A DNA stretch of 64,000 nt. It comes from Gnetum montanum (lineage: Eukaryota > Plantae > Gnetophyta). Positions 38,301 through 50,399 of the stretch are shown piece after piece. The number at the start of each line of letters is the position of its first letter. The stretch's first letter is position 1. The notes under the pieces are model-generated. The model was not told the origin of the DNA. It saw only the letters and a list, made by a program, of their open reading frames with translations, and ran no database searches. The position numbers and the translations under genes were made by a program. Location of the stretch: NCBI GenBank assembly GCA_015680685.1, contig MNCI01001543.1:62001-126000 (forward strand). Reading direction: 5' to 3'.

Positions 38301-39499
38301 GGTCGTGAACCCCATCATCATCAATGTAAAACCTAGTGACAAACACGTACTATTAGAATTCAGTCGGTATGACTAGCATTTCACAACAAAGCAAAGAAAA
38401 GATGCAAAACTCACCCGCCAACATAATAGATAGTCCTCTGTGGGTTCTGAAAGTACATCACCATGTCACGTGTGAGAAATAATGTGTTGTACTGGTGATA
38501 GTAGTTGAATTCCAGCATGTCCTAGATCCAAGCTAAATGCCTCAACCTTGTTTAGTGTTGGCTAGATCCTCCTCCCTACCTGCTCATGATTGCCTTGTCG
38601 GTAAAGTATCTTAGGATGCCCCAATTTGTCCCTGGAAACATGGCTTCTATTATGCCGAATGCCTTCTTCTCCTTTAAGGAAGACAAAAAAATCACACTAA
38701 AGTGGTTGAGAAGGAATTGTAAAAAGTCTTGTGCCCCTTCCCTGAACCAAACCACTCGATCTCCCACACATATTGAGGAAGAAGGAGCATTGGCCAAAGG
38801 TCTTCTCACATGGCACAAGACCCCTCCAATGTCCAAAACGATCAACTGGGACCTTGGTCCCACCCTGCATAACACAATTAGCAAATATTAGCATCACACT
38901 TGAATATAATACATGTGTAACATAGCAATGTCTAGCAACCCATACATATAGCATAGCATGACCCTCTGCTCGTACATAGTGTAGCAAAAGCGTGGAATCC
39001 TAGCGTAGTAGGAGCATACAAATAGCCTAGCGTAGCAGCAGGACAACTGATGACATAGCCAAATAAAAACACGTGTCACAGTGCCACATCACATATGACC
39101 AAACCCTCCCAAGGGTTTTACATTACGGCATGCTAGGATCAAGTAGCCTAAACTTCCCCAGCCCCGCGGTTACATCAACAGCGGCGGTGGTAGTTCCAGT
39201 GGCCTTGCATGCAACTACAATGAAATGTTTGCACATCAGCCGTGACCGAAAAAGATGACCACATCGATATAAAGGAAAAAAACCATGACCACAGAAAACA
39301 CAAATAGAAAAATAAATAGGATGCAAAACCAAAGCAGAAAACAATAGAAGGTGCAAAACGAAAAAAGTGAAGGAGACACAAAAACTTACTGGATCAATGG
39401 TGTGCTCTTCCACACTGAAACACTCACTTGTGGTGCATGCCTCAGGGTCTTTTTCACCTCCTCAACCTTCGCAAGCACCAGATGAGTCTTAGGATCCAT
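35340..39499 (-). pseudogene. Antisense ~8-exon accessory gene of C
   Basis: E1 39499-39390 (phase 2, CA|GTAAGT). E2 38864-38415 (450 nt; LIVLDIGGVL..VWFREGAQDFLQFLLNHFSVIFLSS..YNTLFLTRD..FQNPQRT). E3 38332-38040, E4 37954-36923, acidic E5 about 36790-36457, E7 ends about 35492, E8 from about 35397. Confidence 0.82.
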
Positions 39500-39646
39500 G
39501 GTCCTGCTTGCAAATTTAAGCCTTTCACTGTAGAAATTTGCCTAGCTAATTGATCAGCACAATTACTTCATGCTCCAAAATCATCTTATGCTCCGATGAG
39601 GGATCTGCGCTCTTATGGTGAAAATAGTGAAATTACCAAGGTTCAA

Positions 39647-39658
39647 CCCCTATTTATG
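39647..39658 (-). promoter_or_regulatory. Candidate TATA box of the antisense gene of C
   Basis: Minus strand CATAAATAGGGG about 150 bp upstream of ATG 39499. Confidence 0.45.
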
Positions 39659-40384
39659 GCCATAATGGAAAAATGGAAAAACTTATCTCTCTCTCTCCAA
39701 TTAATGCGGAGCATGCCATGCAGCGTAGCATGCTCTCCATGACATCATAACACTATTAGCATTTAAGCCTTGACACGCTTCAATCCAACTACTTACCTTC
39801 CTGAAAACAAAATAATAATAATATTTGTTTTTTGTTAAGGGTCCAAAAAGATCTTAAACTAGAAATCCTAGCGTAGTCGCATCCCTCAAGGTCCGAAGAG
39901 GTCCTAAATCAGTAGTTTCAACCTGTTACGTTCGCAGTCCATAATGATGATAAACTAACAACACCATATGCTTACATCAATAGTTTTCACATCCTTTTCC
40001 ACATTGGTAGTATCGCAATCCCTAGTGGTTTCATGTTTCCACATTTGCAGTCCATATTTCCACATTAATGATTTGATACATCTCATGTTCGCAATTTCCT
40101 GTTTCGCATATTACTATTTTGCATATTAAGGTTTTGCATGTTGCAATATGGTAGTTCAAGATGACACTAAACTAGAAATTTGGCATTTTCATATCAACAG
40201 TTACATAGCTTCGCACTTTACATCAGCAATTTTATACCTTTAGTAATTCTACACTCTTGTACCTTGGCGGTCCGCCATGACCTTAAACTAGCAAACTTTC
40301 AATCTTTACTTTGCCAAACTTACCAAGTTTCATCTCGTCATTGCTTTGTAGATTTTTGTTTCACACAACCTCTTTCCATGCCTT

Positions 40385-40411
40385 AACCAGGCTTTCATCT
40401 TTTGATGACAG
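40385..40411 (+). promoter_or_regulatory. Candidate 3' splice acceptor upstream of the pol ATG of C
   Basis: GCTTTCATCTTTTGATGACAG|GTCGAGCAAAACATGG; ATG at 40424. Confidence 0.6.
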
Positions 40412-40423
40412 GTCGAGCAAAAC

Positions 40424-43400
40424 ATGGGAATCCATCATGACCTTTCCATGCCTTTAACGTTAGCAGGGCCACAGGGCAAGCTCGCTAGACAATTGAACCC
40501 TGGCATGATCCACTGGGGGTTGACTACGACTAGCACTATAGCAACCTTAGAAGCATCCCATGATTGGCCTAGGCACCTAGTCCAAGCTCTAGACTTAGAG
40601 GCTAGGGAGGTACCCGAGGACCCTCTTATCGAGACACCTGTGACCATGTCAAAGGGGGAAGTGAAGACTTTAAGAATCAGCTCCCTCCTAGACACACAAA
40701 CATATAAAAGCGTAGCTAAAATTCTGCAAGATAACATCGATGTATTTGCATGGTCATATAGTGACATGCTGGGTCTAGATCCGCTGCTAATTTAGCACAA
40801 CATCATCCTAGACCCACACATGAAGGAAGTCAAGAAAAAAGCTCGCAAGGCTAAACTGGAAATCGCGCTGGTTATGAGGGATGAAATCATTAAGCTATAC
40901 CAAGTAGGTTTCATCCACGCAGTTGACTATTCAGAATGGGTGTCCAACGTCGTTGTAGTTTCAAAGAAAACAGGAGGGATACAGATCTGTATAGACTTCC
41001 AAGATTTGAACAAGGCAATGATCAAAGAGAACTTTCCACTCTCGAGCATTGATCAGCTCATCGATACCATGGCTGGCCATGCTCTGCTATCCTTCATGGA
41101 TGGTTTCTCTGGATACAACCAAATATTGCATTAACCTAGAGCACCAGCTGTCAACAACCTTCATGACCCCATGGGGGACATTTTGCTATACCATGATTCC
41201 ATTTGGTCTCAAGAATGCTGGATCAACCTACAAGAGAGCCATGACTTACATTTTTTCAGTGACTACATCCTAGAAACATTAAACGATTATCTGGACGATA
41301 TAGCGATCAAGTCCAAAGAGGTGGCTAATCATCCACATGATCTAGGGGTAGTCCTCAAATGCTACCAAAGGCATGATCTATGCCTCAATCCTAAGAAATG
41401 TGTCTTTAGGGTGAATACCAGACGTGTGTTAGGGTTTGTATTATCGAAGGTCAGAATACGGGTGGACCTCGACAAAGTCAAGGCCATCGTCAACCTAGCG
41501 CCTCCCACAAACCTTAAAGAATTACGTGGCTTACAAGGTAGGGTGTAATTCATTCGAAGGTTTATAGCAAGGTTGACCGACAAGTTACACCCCATGCAAC
41601 ATCTTCTAAAGAAGGGGGTTGACTTCGAGTGGACAACCCAGTGTCAACAAGCCTTCAATGACCTGAAGAAGGAGCTCTCGCACCTCCCAACGGTGCACCC
41701 GCCACAAAGGGACAAGCCTTTCTTTATATATCTTGCCACCTCCAACACATCCATAGTGGCATTGCTATGTCAGAAGTGGGATGACGGTTCTGAGATACCA
41801 GTGTACTACCTGAGCCATGCACTAATAGATATGAGACGAAATACAATGAAGTGGAGAGGAACTGGCTAGCCCTAGTGTTCGCACAAAAGAAGTGGCGGCA
41901 TTACCTATTTTACAGCATAACCAACATCATTTGCAAGAGGAATATACTCCTAGCTATCACCAGCAACCTGTACGAAAGTAGCAGGATAGCCTGATGGAAA
42001 GCAATAACCGTAGAATTTGATCTATGTTATGTAAGTCAATCGTTGGAAAAGAGTCAATCCATAGCGACCCAACTCATGGCCTCGCCTGTCGACAACCAGG
42101 AAACCATAGACCTCGAGTTCCCAGACGAATATGATAGCAATGTCAACATCGTCCCGTCACATTTCGAAGCCACTTTACACTTCGACGGTGCCTCAACCGT
42201 GTGAGGAAGTAGCACCGCCTCCACAATCACGTTCCCCTCTGGGGAAATGCATCCATCAGCTTATCGATTTATGTTCCCTTGCACCAACAACATGGTAGAA
42301 TACGAGGGGCTACTTAGAGGCCTCTTAACTACCCGAGCACTACGCATAGAACACCTGGCAATCCGAGGAGATTCACAGCTAGTCGTAAATCAAATCACCG
42401 AAGTCTACACCTGCAAGGCTACACACCTGCAACCCTACTGCGACCTAGCAAAAATCCTACTTAAGCAATTCACAACCGTTGATGTGCAACACGTGCCATG
42501 CAATGAGAACACTATAGCAAACACCTTAGCTACCTTCGCGTTAAACATCCCATCACACTCCTTGGTAAACCTGCCAACTGCAATCATAGAATGCATAGAG
42601 CCTATAACTCAGGCAGAACATGTGGCCTCTATCAGCATTGCGGATGCCCCGAAGTGGTATGCCAACATTAAAGCTTATCTACAGCACGTAGAACCCTTAG
42701 GTGGATTGACATCTAATCAAAGAGATGCAATCCGTAAGCGTGCTTGACAATACGTGCTCATGGGAAATAACGCCTTGTGCTAACGATCCTACGACGAGAT
42801 ATTGCTAGCATGTGTGGGTGGAAAGAAAGCGCAAAAGGTAGTTCATGAAGTTCATGAGGGGCTATAAGGTGGACATATAGCACCTAGGGCTATGGTTGTG
42901 AAAATCAGATTCCTAGGGTACTATTGGCCCTACATGGAGCACGACTGTTTGTCAAAAGTTAAGATATGTGACATGTGCCAAAGATACACAAAGCTCATAC
43001 ACATAGCACCTACAGACCTGCATCCAATGCAAATCACATGGCCCTTCCAATGATGGGGACTAGACCTCATAAGGCCTATCATGCCTAAGTCCTCCGTAGG
43101 GCATAGTTTCATTATCACTACCACAGAGTATTTTACCAAGTGGGTGGAAGCTATTCCCTTGAGGAAAATGACATCTCAGCAAATCTACCATTTCATCCTT
43201 GATAACATCGTAACTAGGTTTGAGCTTCTAATGACTATTGTGACCGACAATGGGCCACAGTTCAGTAGTACAGAAACCTAAACCTTCTGTAGCAATCTAG
43301 GTATTAAACAATAATTTTCTTTCCCTTATTACCCATAGGTGAATTGGCAAGTGGAGGCTACAAATAAGTCCATCATCAACTTTCTAAAGTAGATGCTTAA

Positions 43401-43896
43401 CAACAGCAAGAGGCGGTGGCATGAGAAAATCCTCTACATCCTCTGGGCTTACCGAATGATGTGCCAAACTGCAACAAGTAAAACCCATTATAGTCTTGTT
43501 TATGGATCTAAAGCTGTATTGCCTCTTGAGTTGTAGGTACCCTCACTCCAGATGATCCTATCTGACATCGTGAGAAAAGCCTAAAACAATGAGTCATGAA
43601 CCATCAACCTCAACTCAGTGGAGGAGGAATACATGTAGACTCTGAGATGCATCGAGCACTATCAGAAAAAATAGTAGTAGAAACACCGTGCAGACCTGCA
43701 CCGACAACTAGTGTAGAAGGAATACCTCATCCTCAAGGTCATTCGTGAGCACGTAAGCAAATTCTCAGCCAACTGGAAATGCCCTTACGTGGTCACTAAA
43801 GCCTTTCGAAATGGAGCCTTCAAGCTAGCAGACATGGATGGCAATGAGTTCACCAACCTGGTGAATCACTCGTACCTCAAGCCGTACTACATCTAA
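40424..43896 (+). pseudogene. pol: pol (RT-RH-aRH-INT) of C
   Basis: FAWSYSDMLGLD, SFMDGFSGYNQI, YLDDIAIKS, LHFDGAS..CTNNMVEYEGLL..IRGDSQLVVNQ, TEYFTKWVEAIP..IVTDNGPQF. Confidence 0.94.
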
Positions 43897-43914
43897 AGCA
43901 CAATGGCAACGACA

Positions 43915-44196
43915 AGAATCATCTGTTATGATGATAAACTGGCAACAACACCGAGCAGCATCCAAAATGATGATAAACTAGCAGCATCGAGCAGCGTCTG
44001 CCACAACATTAAACTGGCAGCAACTATCTGCTATGATGTAAAACTGGCGTTGTTAGTCCACTATGACTATAAATTGGTATTGCATGTCCGCTATGATGAT
44101 AAACTGGCATGTATGGTCCACTGGGACCTTAAACCAATACAACGGTCCTTTGGGACCATAAACTAGCACGCAGTCTACCAAGACCTTAAACTAGGT
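43915..44196 (+). repeat. ~30-40 bp TAAACTRGC tandem array after the integrase stop of C
   Basis: About 9 recurrences of (GAT/CCT)AAACT(G/A)GCA-like units. Confidence 0.82.
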
Positions 44197-45190
44197 TCAC
44201 GTCGCATCCCCAGCATGTACCAACACCAGAGACACATCAAACGAGTGGGTGCAATGCTAACATGTGGGTGGGATGTCGTAGCTCTGGAACGCCGCTCATG
44301 ATACACTAAGAACGTAGTTCAGGATGCATGTGATGCCACCACCCTTAACATCATGCTCACCCTTCGAAGACATCATATGGTGTTACACTGGCCCTTCGAA
44401 CCTACCGTCGCCACAGGCCATCGCCCTAACGGTAGTTCCTGGGCTAGTTCCCACATCTAGAGTGCCAGCGGTATTATGGCCTAGCCACAATACTGTTACT
44501 CTCCAGTCCCCTGCCAATGTCACGGCTTGTGCGACATTTAACTATGTGGTAGCCGATCCCATAGCTGAACTAAGCATGCATGCCTTTGGTGGGGATTCCA
44601 GTGCATCTGCACCCATAACGACTCCTGGTGACTCGGAGTCCAGCTCCTCCATGCTGATGATGCCAAGGCTGTTGCTGGCCTTCCTGCTTTGGTTATCTCA
44701 CACCAGCAATGATGCCCAAGAGAGAATGCCAGTAACCAGCAAGACCTGTGCCCTTGTGGCCATGTCTCACTACAGTAGCAAATGCTACAGCATTGCAAAG
44801 TGAGTGCCTTGACTAGCTCAGCTACTTCAGAGTGCAAATTCCAGCACGTGCGTAACATAACTTGTCATATGGAAGGTGTTTGTAGGCTAGTCAAAACCCT
44901 TCACGGATGTAACGTAACTCATCTTGCGAAGGAAACACCTACCCTACAAGAGGTTGAAGAATAGTGCCAGCTAAAGATGAAAATGCAAACAAGCCCCTTA
45001 GAGTACTCCAATGAGGGACTCTACTAAAAATCATCTTTCCTCTCTGCCTTAACTCTGCGAAACCAATTCAACACTCTCAAGTGTGGCCAAGTGACATATC
45101 GACACTCACCAAGCGACAGCCTCAACATTTTGCCTACTACGGTGTTTCATGTTCTTTGCCGACCTCTATCGAGCCTGTTCTCTAGACGTC

Positions 45191-45206
45191 AAAAAAGAGG
45201 GGCCAA
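45191..45206 (+). promoter_or_regulatory. Polypurine tract of C
   Basis: AAAAAAGAGGGGCCAA abutting the 3' LTR. Confidence 0.88.
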
Positions 45207-46918
45207 TGAAATACCCTAAAAACTGTGGGTTCATTCTTACTTCACCAGGCCTTGTGACTCATGCAGTACCATGGCAGTTCATCAGGAGGAGAACATTTTG
45301 AGCTCAAACTAGCCAGTTCGTCAAATTTTCTACTTTGAGCATGGACAGGTTCTGCATCATCCTCCCTGTCCACCAAAGTAGCCTACCCAGCTGACAGCTT
45401 GCTCATAAAAGGCACGTAGAGTTGGCAGTAGCATTTTGGATGCACAAAAATAGTTCGGCAAGTTTTCTAAGTCATGAAGTTTGTTATACTATACCTCACC
45501 TCGTAGCATAGCAATCTTCAGAAGACGATGGTAGAATGAAGTGCTACACTATGCTATGCCACGTAGCGTAGCATGGCAATAGCTTCACTGCCATTTCCTT
45601 TTGCCCAATTTCAAGTCCTGCAATGATGTCCTTTTCCATTAGGAAGCGGTGGACCATGTCTGCTGCTATGCTACACTGAGCTACATGGTGTAGCAAGGCG
45701 TAGCATTCCTGTGGAAGAGACACAAAGTAGCTCGAAGGGAAGAATTAGCGGAGTTTGCAAGACTTGCATCGCAGGAGACAAAAGTTTGCAAATCAAAAAA
45801 ACTTTCATGACTAAGGGCAGTTGCTAGGCTACACTACACTATGTAGAGTAGCATAGCATAGCAAGCAAACACATGTATAGTAGAACACGTGACAAGGTGC
45901 TACACTACGCTAAGCATGCTATGCTACAAAGCACAGAAAGGCATGCTGGTGGTTGTGCGACATCAATGCACTTCACCTGATCGGACCGTTGGCACACATT
46001 TCTAGACACTAACGGTGCAATTATGGCATGGCAAGCTAGCAATTATTGCGTGATAGGTTCACATTACAATGGTCTTGTAAGTCCAATGATCATACATAGT
46101 GCGAGTAGTGCCAGCAAGTCAACAAAGGCCTGAGGCATGTAGCATCCAAACCAGCCCTTTTGTATACCCTCAATCCTATAAATACCTCAAGGAACAGCAT
46201 TCAGAGAAAAGAAAGGTTGGGAATTTTCCAGAAAAATACATTTAAAAGAGGTCCGATCTTGTTCAATTTGCACTTTTCGCTAAGTCTCCTATTCTCCTTC
46301 CATTGGCATTCAAGTTCTCCTCCTGGCACCTTGTAACATCAAGCATTGTAAGCTTTCTATTTGACACAGCAAACAGTTACCATTTTTAGCTAACATTTTG
46401 TTCTATCTCCTTTCTACCACATTGGTAGAATCCCTGCACTGTCAACACCTAAGTCCGTTCCAAAGCACATCACCTGCTTTGCTCGACACGTCCTAGTTAC
46501 TCTCAGGATCCCTACACTCCATCATGCTTTGCAACTGATTGTATCCGCCCTGACAGAGCAAACTTGTAGCTTCAAAGCGGTGCATGTTTCTAACTACACT
46601 TTACTTTATTTATTTCTTGTTTTCTTGTTTGCATTATTTTTTTTATTCACTTTCAAGCATTACTTCGCATTGTTGTCGCATTTTTCTGCTTTTATTTACT
46701 TTCAAGCATTATTTTGCATTTCCATTCCATCTTAAAAGTACATGTTGCAAAAGGCTATATAGACTCTGATGTAAGTCCTTGTCTTGTCGACTAGACCGTT
46801 CATGGTGCCCCGTATCTACACATACCCAGCACGGCCCTCCCATGGGTACGAGGTCAAAAATATTGCACTCGCCAACCCCCCCAGCGATTTCCAGCTACTA
46901 ACATTTTCAGTCATTACA
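45207..46918 (+). repeat. 3' LTR of C
   Basis: TGAAATACC...GTCATTACA followed by the TSD. Confidence 0.95.
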
Positions 46919-46983
46919 AAGTGATGATGTGCTTTTGTCTTTTTTTTTCTAACTTTTTTTTTGTTTGCCATTAACTATTGTAG

Positions 46984-49733
46984 TAGCGAGGGAATCTCAA
47001 GAGGTCACTGTGATCACCTCTGGGCATGACGAGACCAACCTCTTTTTCAAGTATGGGGAGGTGGAAGAGACTCACCATTGGCTTTTCCATGGAGCCCCAG
47101 CCACTCTTGTTCATAACATTCAAGAGGTTGGACTCATGGACTTATTCTTGGCTATAAATCCAAATTTCCTAACTGCAAAAATGCTTTCCCTAGCTGATTC
47201 CTTCACTAAGAAGGCTGACCGCTACCGTACATGTGTTCACGCTGTGTGGGTGGGGTTTGAAATTAATGATCAACTATTTGTAGATCTTTTCAGTGTTCCT
47301 TATGATGGTCTCCTTATAGGAGAAAAATCCAGGAAAGATGCAAACCATCAGGGGGACATTAAGGAATGGCTAGGGATGACTAAGGACCGAAAGGGGATTT
47401 ACATCTACAAGGTCAAGCTAGTGGTGGCCAAAACAATTTACCCTGTCTTCTGTGCTTGTACTTTCCCCAAGCTACTCTCCCAAGGAAAAATCCTTAGAGT
47501 GGAGTAGGCTTGGATAATGAGAGAGATCATGAAGGAAAGAACTTGTTACAACTAGGCTAGGTACCTTTCTAAAGGCTTGCAAGCTGAAATGGTCAAACTT
47601 CGCAAGAAGCTTGAATCCCATTTCAATGTGCATTACACCTTCTTTGTAGCTTGCCTACGATGCTTTGCAAAATTCCTGGTAGTCCATGAAAATGGTTCCT
47701 ACATTTAACAAGATTGTAACTAGATATCAAAGCCATGGATCTACCAGGTTTTCCACACCACTTAATCCCAGGATCCCTAGGAAGCTATCAAGCAATCACT
47801 TTTGATAATGACAAGGGATCAGGTTGGGCATACCTTTCGTGGTTGGGATAGCATGGGAGAGGCACCTCCCATCAACAGAAGTAATTTTTTAAGGGGGGAA
47901 CACCTCATTGTAGAAACTGTAATGACCAGGCTGCAACGTAAGAAGTCTCATCCTACCAAAGAGACTCCCCGTGTGAATGAAGGGAGTGGGAAGAAACTGC
48001 TAATCAAAGTTCATAGGGTACAACCCCTAGTTGGTGAGTATGCTAAACTTGTTTTGTTAGCATAGAATTTGTTATGTTGTGCTACATTGTATAGTTTTGC
48101 ATAGCGTAGTGCCTATTTCAAGTTGGAATATCTGGCTAACTGTGATTATGTTTTATGAGAAGAAGAAGAAGAAGAAGAAGAAGAAGAGATTTTGGCTCCT
48201 GGAACAGGGATGGCTACTGAAGAGGAGGAGAAAGAGGCCTCGACAGTGGAAGAAGAGGCCCCTACTGATGACCCCTTTGTAGAATGTGCTTCAGTGCTCA
48301 AAGGGCATATGAGTGTTGAGGATGCTACCACATTTTTGGATCAGCAGGAAAGAGAGGGGCTGTAATTTTATGCTGGTGAGTTTGACTGATTTCTTGAAAG
48401 TTTCTCAATGGGGGATCCCCCCGCTATCACCCTTGAGGGTTTTCTAGGTAGGAGCTTTGCCCTATCATGTCATTTTTCTTCAACTCTGCTGTTATCCTCT
48501 CTACCATGGCTAACATGTTTTATTATGCAACAGACACTACTGTTAATGCCCCTAATCCTTCATCCTCAATCTGTCTCTGACCCTGGAATAAGACCCCTGA
48601 AAAATTTTCCTTCATGGAGGGGGTGGTCGATGACATGATTGATCACTTGAAGCAAATTGATCTCGAGATTAGTATGTTACAATTGCTACATTAGGCTTTT
48701 GCAGTTGTTACTTTTCTTTTTGTCACTATGACTAACATTCTTCCATACATGGTAGCCTCCCGTCTCAAGTGGGACCCTCGGTAGGCCATCAAGGTTGACA
48801 CTGTGCCCGAGCTTCCACCAAAGGTGACTAAGGTACCTCGTCACATTTACGACGAAGTGAGTAAATGTGCATTGTAATCAGCATGCTCCTTATGGGAGTG
48901 TAGGCATGTGAACGAAGACCTCTAGAAGAGGGTACAAAAACTCAAGAAAGAGAAGACTAATCTAACCACCAAGGTGGGGGATCTCTGATCCAGGAATGAG
49001 TTTCTGGTGGCCCGTGACACCCACGATGGCAGTTGGCATACAGTTGTGATTGACTATGCCAGATACTGGATAGTTGTACGAAACAATAATGATGAAACTC
49101 ATGAAATTATTGTATAGCACATGTAGATGGACCTCCTAGCATAGAAGAACCAAGACTGGAAAGACTATAGTACAAAGGTTTAGAATGGGAACAGGCACGA
49201 AAGAATCATAAACATATGTATAAGATGGAATGTGCCGCCTATTGTAAATAGTACTGGGATGCTACTATTAAATTGCATACCCTTAAGCTATTTCTTGATG
49301 TCATTGGTGCTTTTGGTGCTTATGAGAATTTCATGTAATAGGTGACGATCAGTAAGTCTCCTGAAAGAGAAATAACCTTACTTGCTAGGGAGACCACCAC
49401 CACCACCTTTTCCCCAGGACCACCCAGATGGATAGCCATGGAAAAGAGAAAGGTTGCAACAAGCACTGACCTAGGAGAGGGAAATTGGGCCAACCTCACT
49501 GAGGAGGAGATCTTGTGACATCTTGTAGCTAGCATGGATTAGATACCCTTTGAAATGGACGTGGGGCCATCTTAGGTTAGTCACCTTTTGTTATGTTATG
49601 ATTTATTTTGTAAAACCCTTTATTGTAGTTCAACTCACTATTTTATTTTCTGCCTTATGCAGAATCTGAATGAAGATGCGGGACCTAGTGGAGTAGGAGA
49701 TGGTGATGGAAATAAAGACCCATAGCGTGGTGA
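46984..49733 (+). pseudogene. Antisense gene of B, exons 4-8
   Basis: E4 46984-48033 (FKYGEVEETHHWL..VGLMDLF..FVDLFSVP), donor GTGAGT 48034. Acidic E5 to donor 48376, E6 48534-48671, E7 48756-49575, E8 from 49663. Short T-rich introns, several with CTAAC branch-like sites. Confidence 0.8.
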
Positions 49734-49889
49734 CACAAAATTTTATTTTATTTTTTGCTTTGAATTTGATTGATTTGTAAAAATTATTGATTAACATTGG
49801 ATAGAGAATAAACAAAAAATAGTTTATTTCTTTTCGATTAATGTGTTTCATTTATTTTTTACCCTTTTGGACCCCTTGAGAGCCTCTCG

Positions 49890-50235
49890 TTTTAGTTTAA
49901 GGTCATTCTGGGCCATTTCTTAATGATGATTTTTTTGTTTTTGTCAATGTTTCTTTTTTTCTTTTTGTTATTTCTTTGAGGTAATGAAGTTTCCAGTTTT
50001 AGGCCCTAGCAGGCCATGATGGGTAGTTTAAAGTCATTCCGAGCTATTGCTAGTTTTAGGCCATTTTGGACCACCATTAGTTTTAGGCCATTTTGGGCCT
50101 TTAATAGTTTTAGACCATTTCAAGCTTTTGCTAGTTTTAATCCATTTCGGGCCTTTGCTAGTTTTAGGCCATTTTGGGCCTTATGTAAGGTGATAAAAAA
50201 AAGGTTGACAAGTTTAGGCCTTAGTGGGCCATTTA
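49890..50235 (-). repeat. 27-bp tandem array (minus core ATGGCCTAAAACTAGC) after the PR stop of B
   Basis: Six adjacent TAGTTTTAGGCCATTT-type units at 50023-50180 plus flanking copies. Confidence 0.88.
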
Positions 50236-50399
50236 GTGATGCAAACAATGGGCATATCGTAAACAATATAAATAATGAGGAGAATGCTAAATGTACACAA
50301 TGGATACGAAGCAAGAAATGTAAATAGTGAATGTGACATTGATGTAAGTAGTAATTATGATGCAAGTAAGCGAGTAATTATGCTAATGCAAATGACGAT

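Larger units (their letters stand above)
28386..46918 (+). mobile_element. Element C: complete but degenerate Tat-lineage LTR retrotransposon (18.5 kb) with 5-bp TSD AAGTG
   Basis: AAGTG at 28381-28385 and 46919-46923; LTR pair, PBS, PPT and all domains present. Confidence 0.96.
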
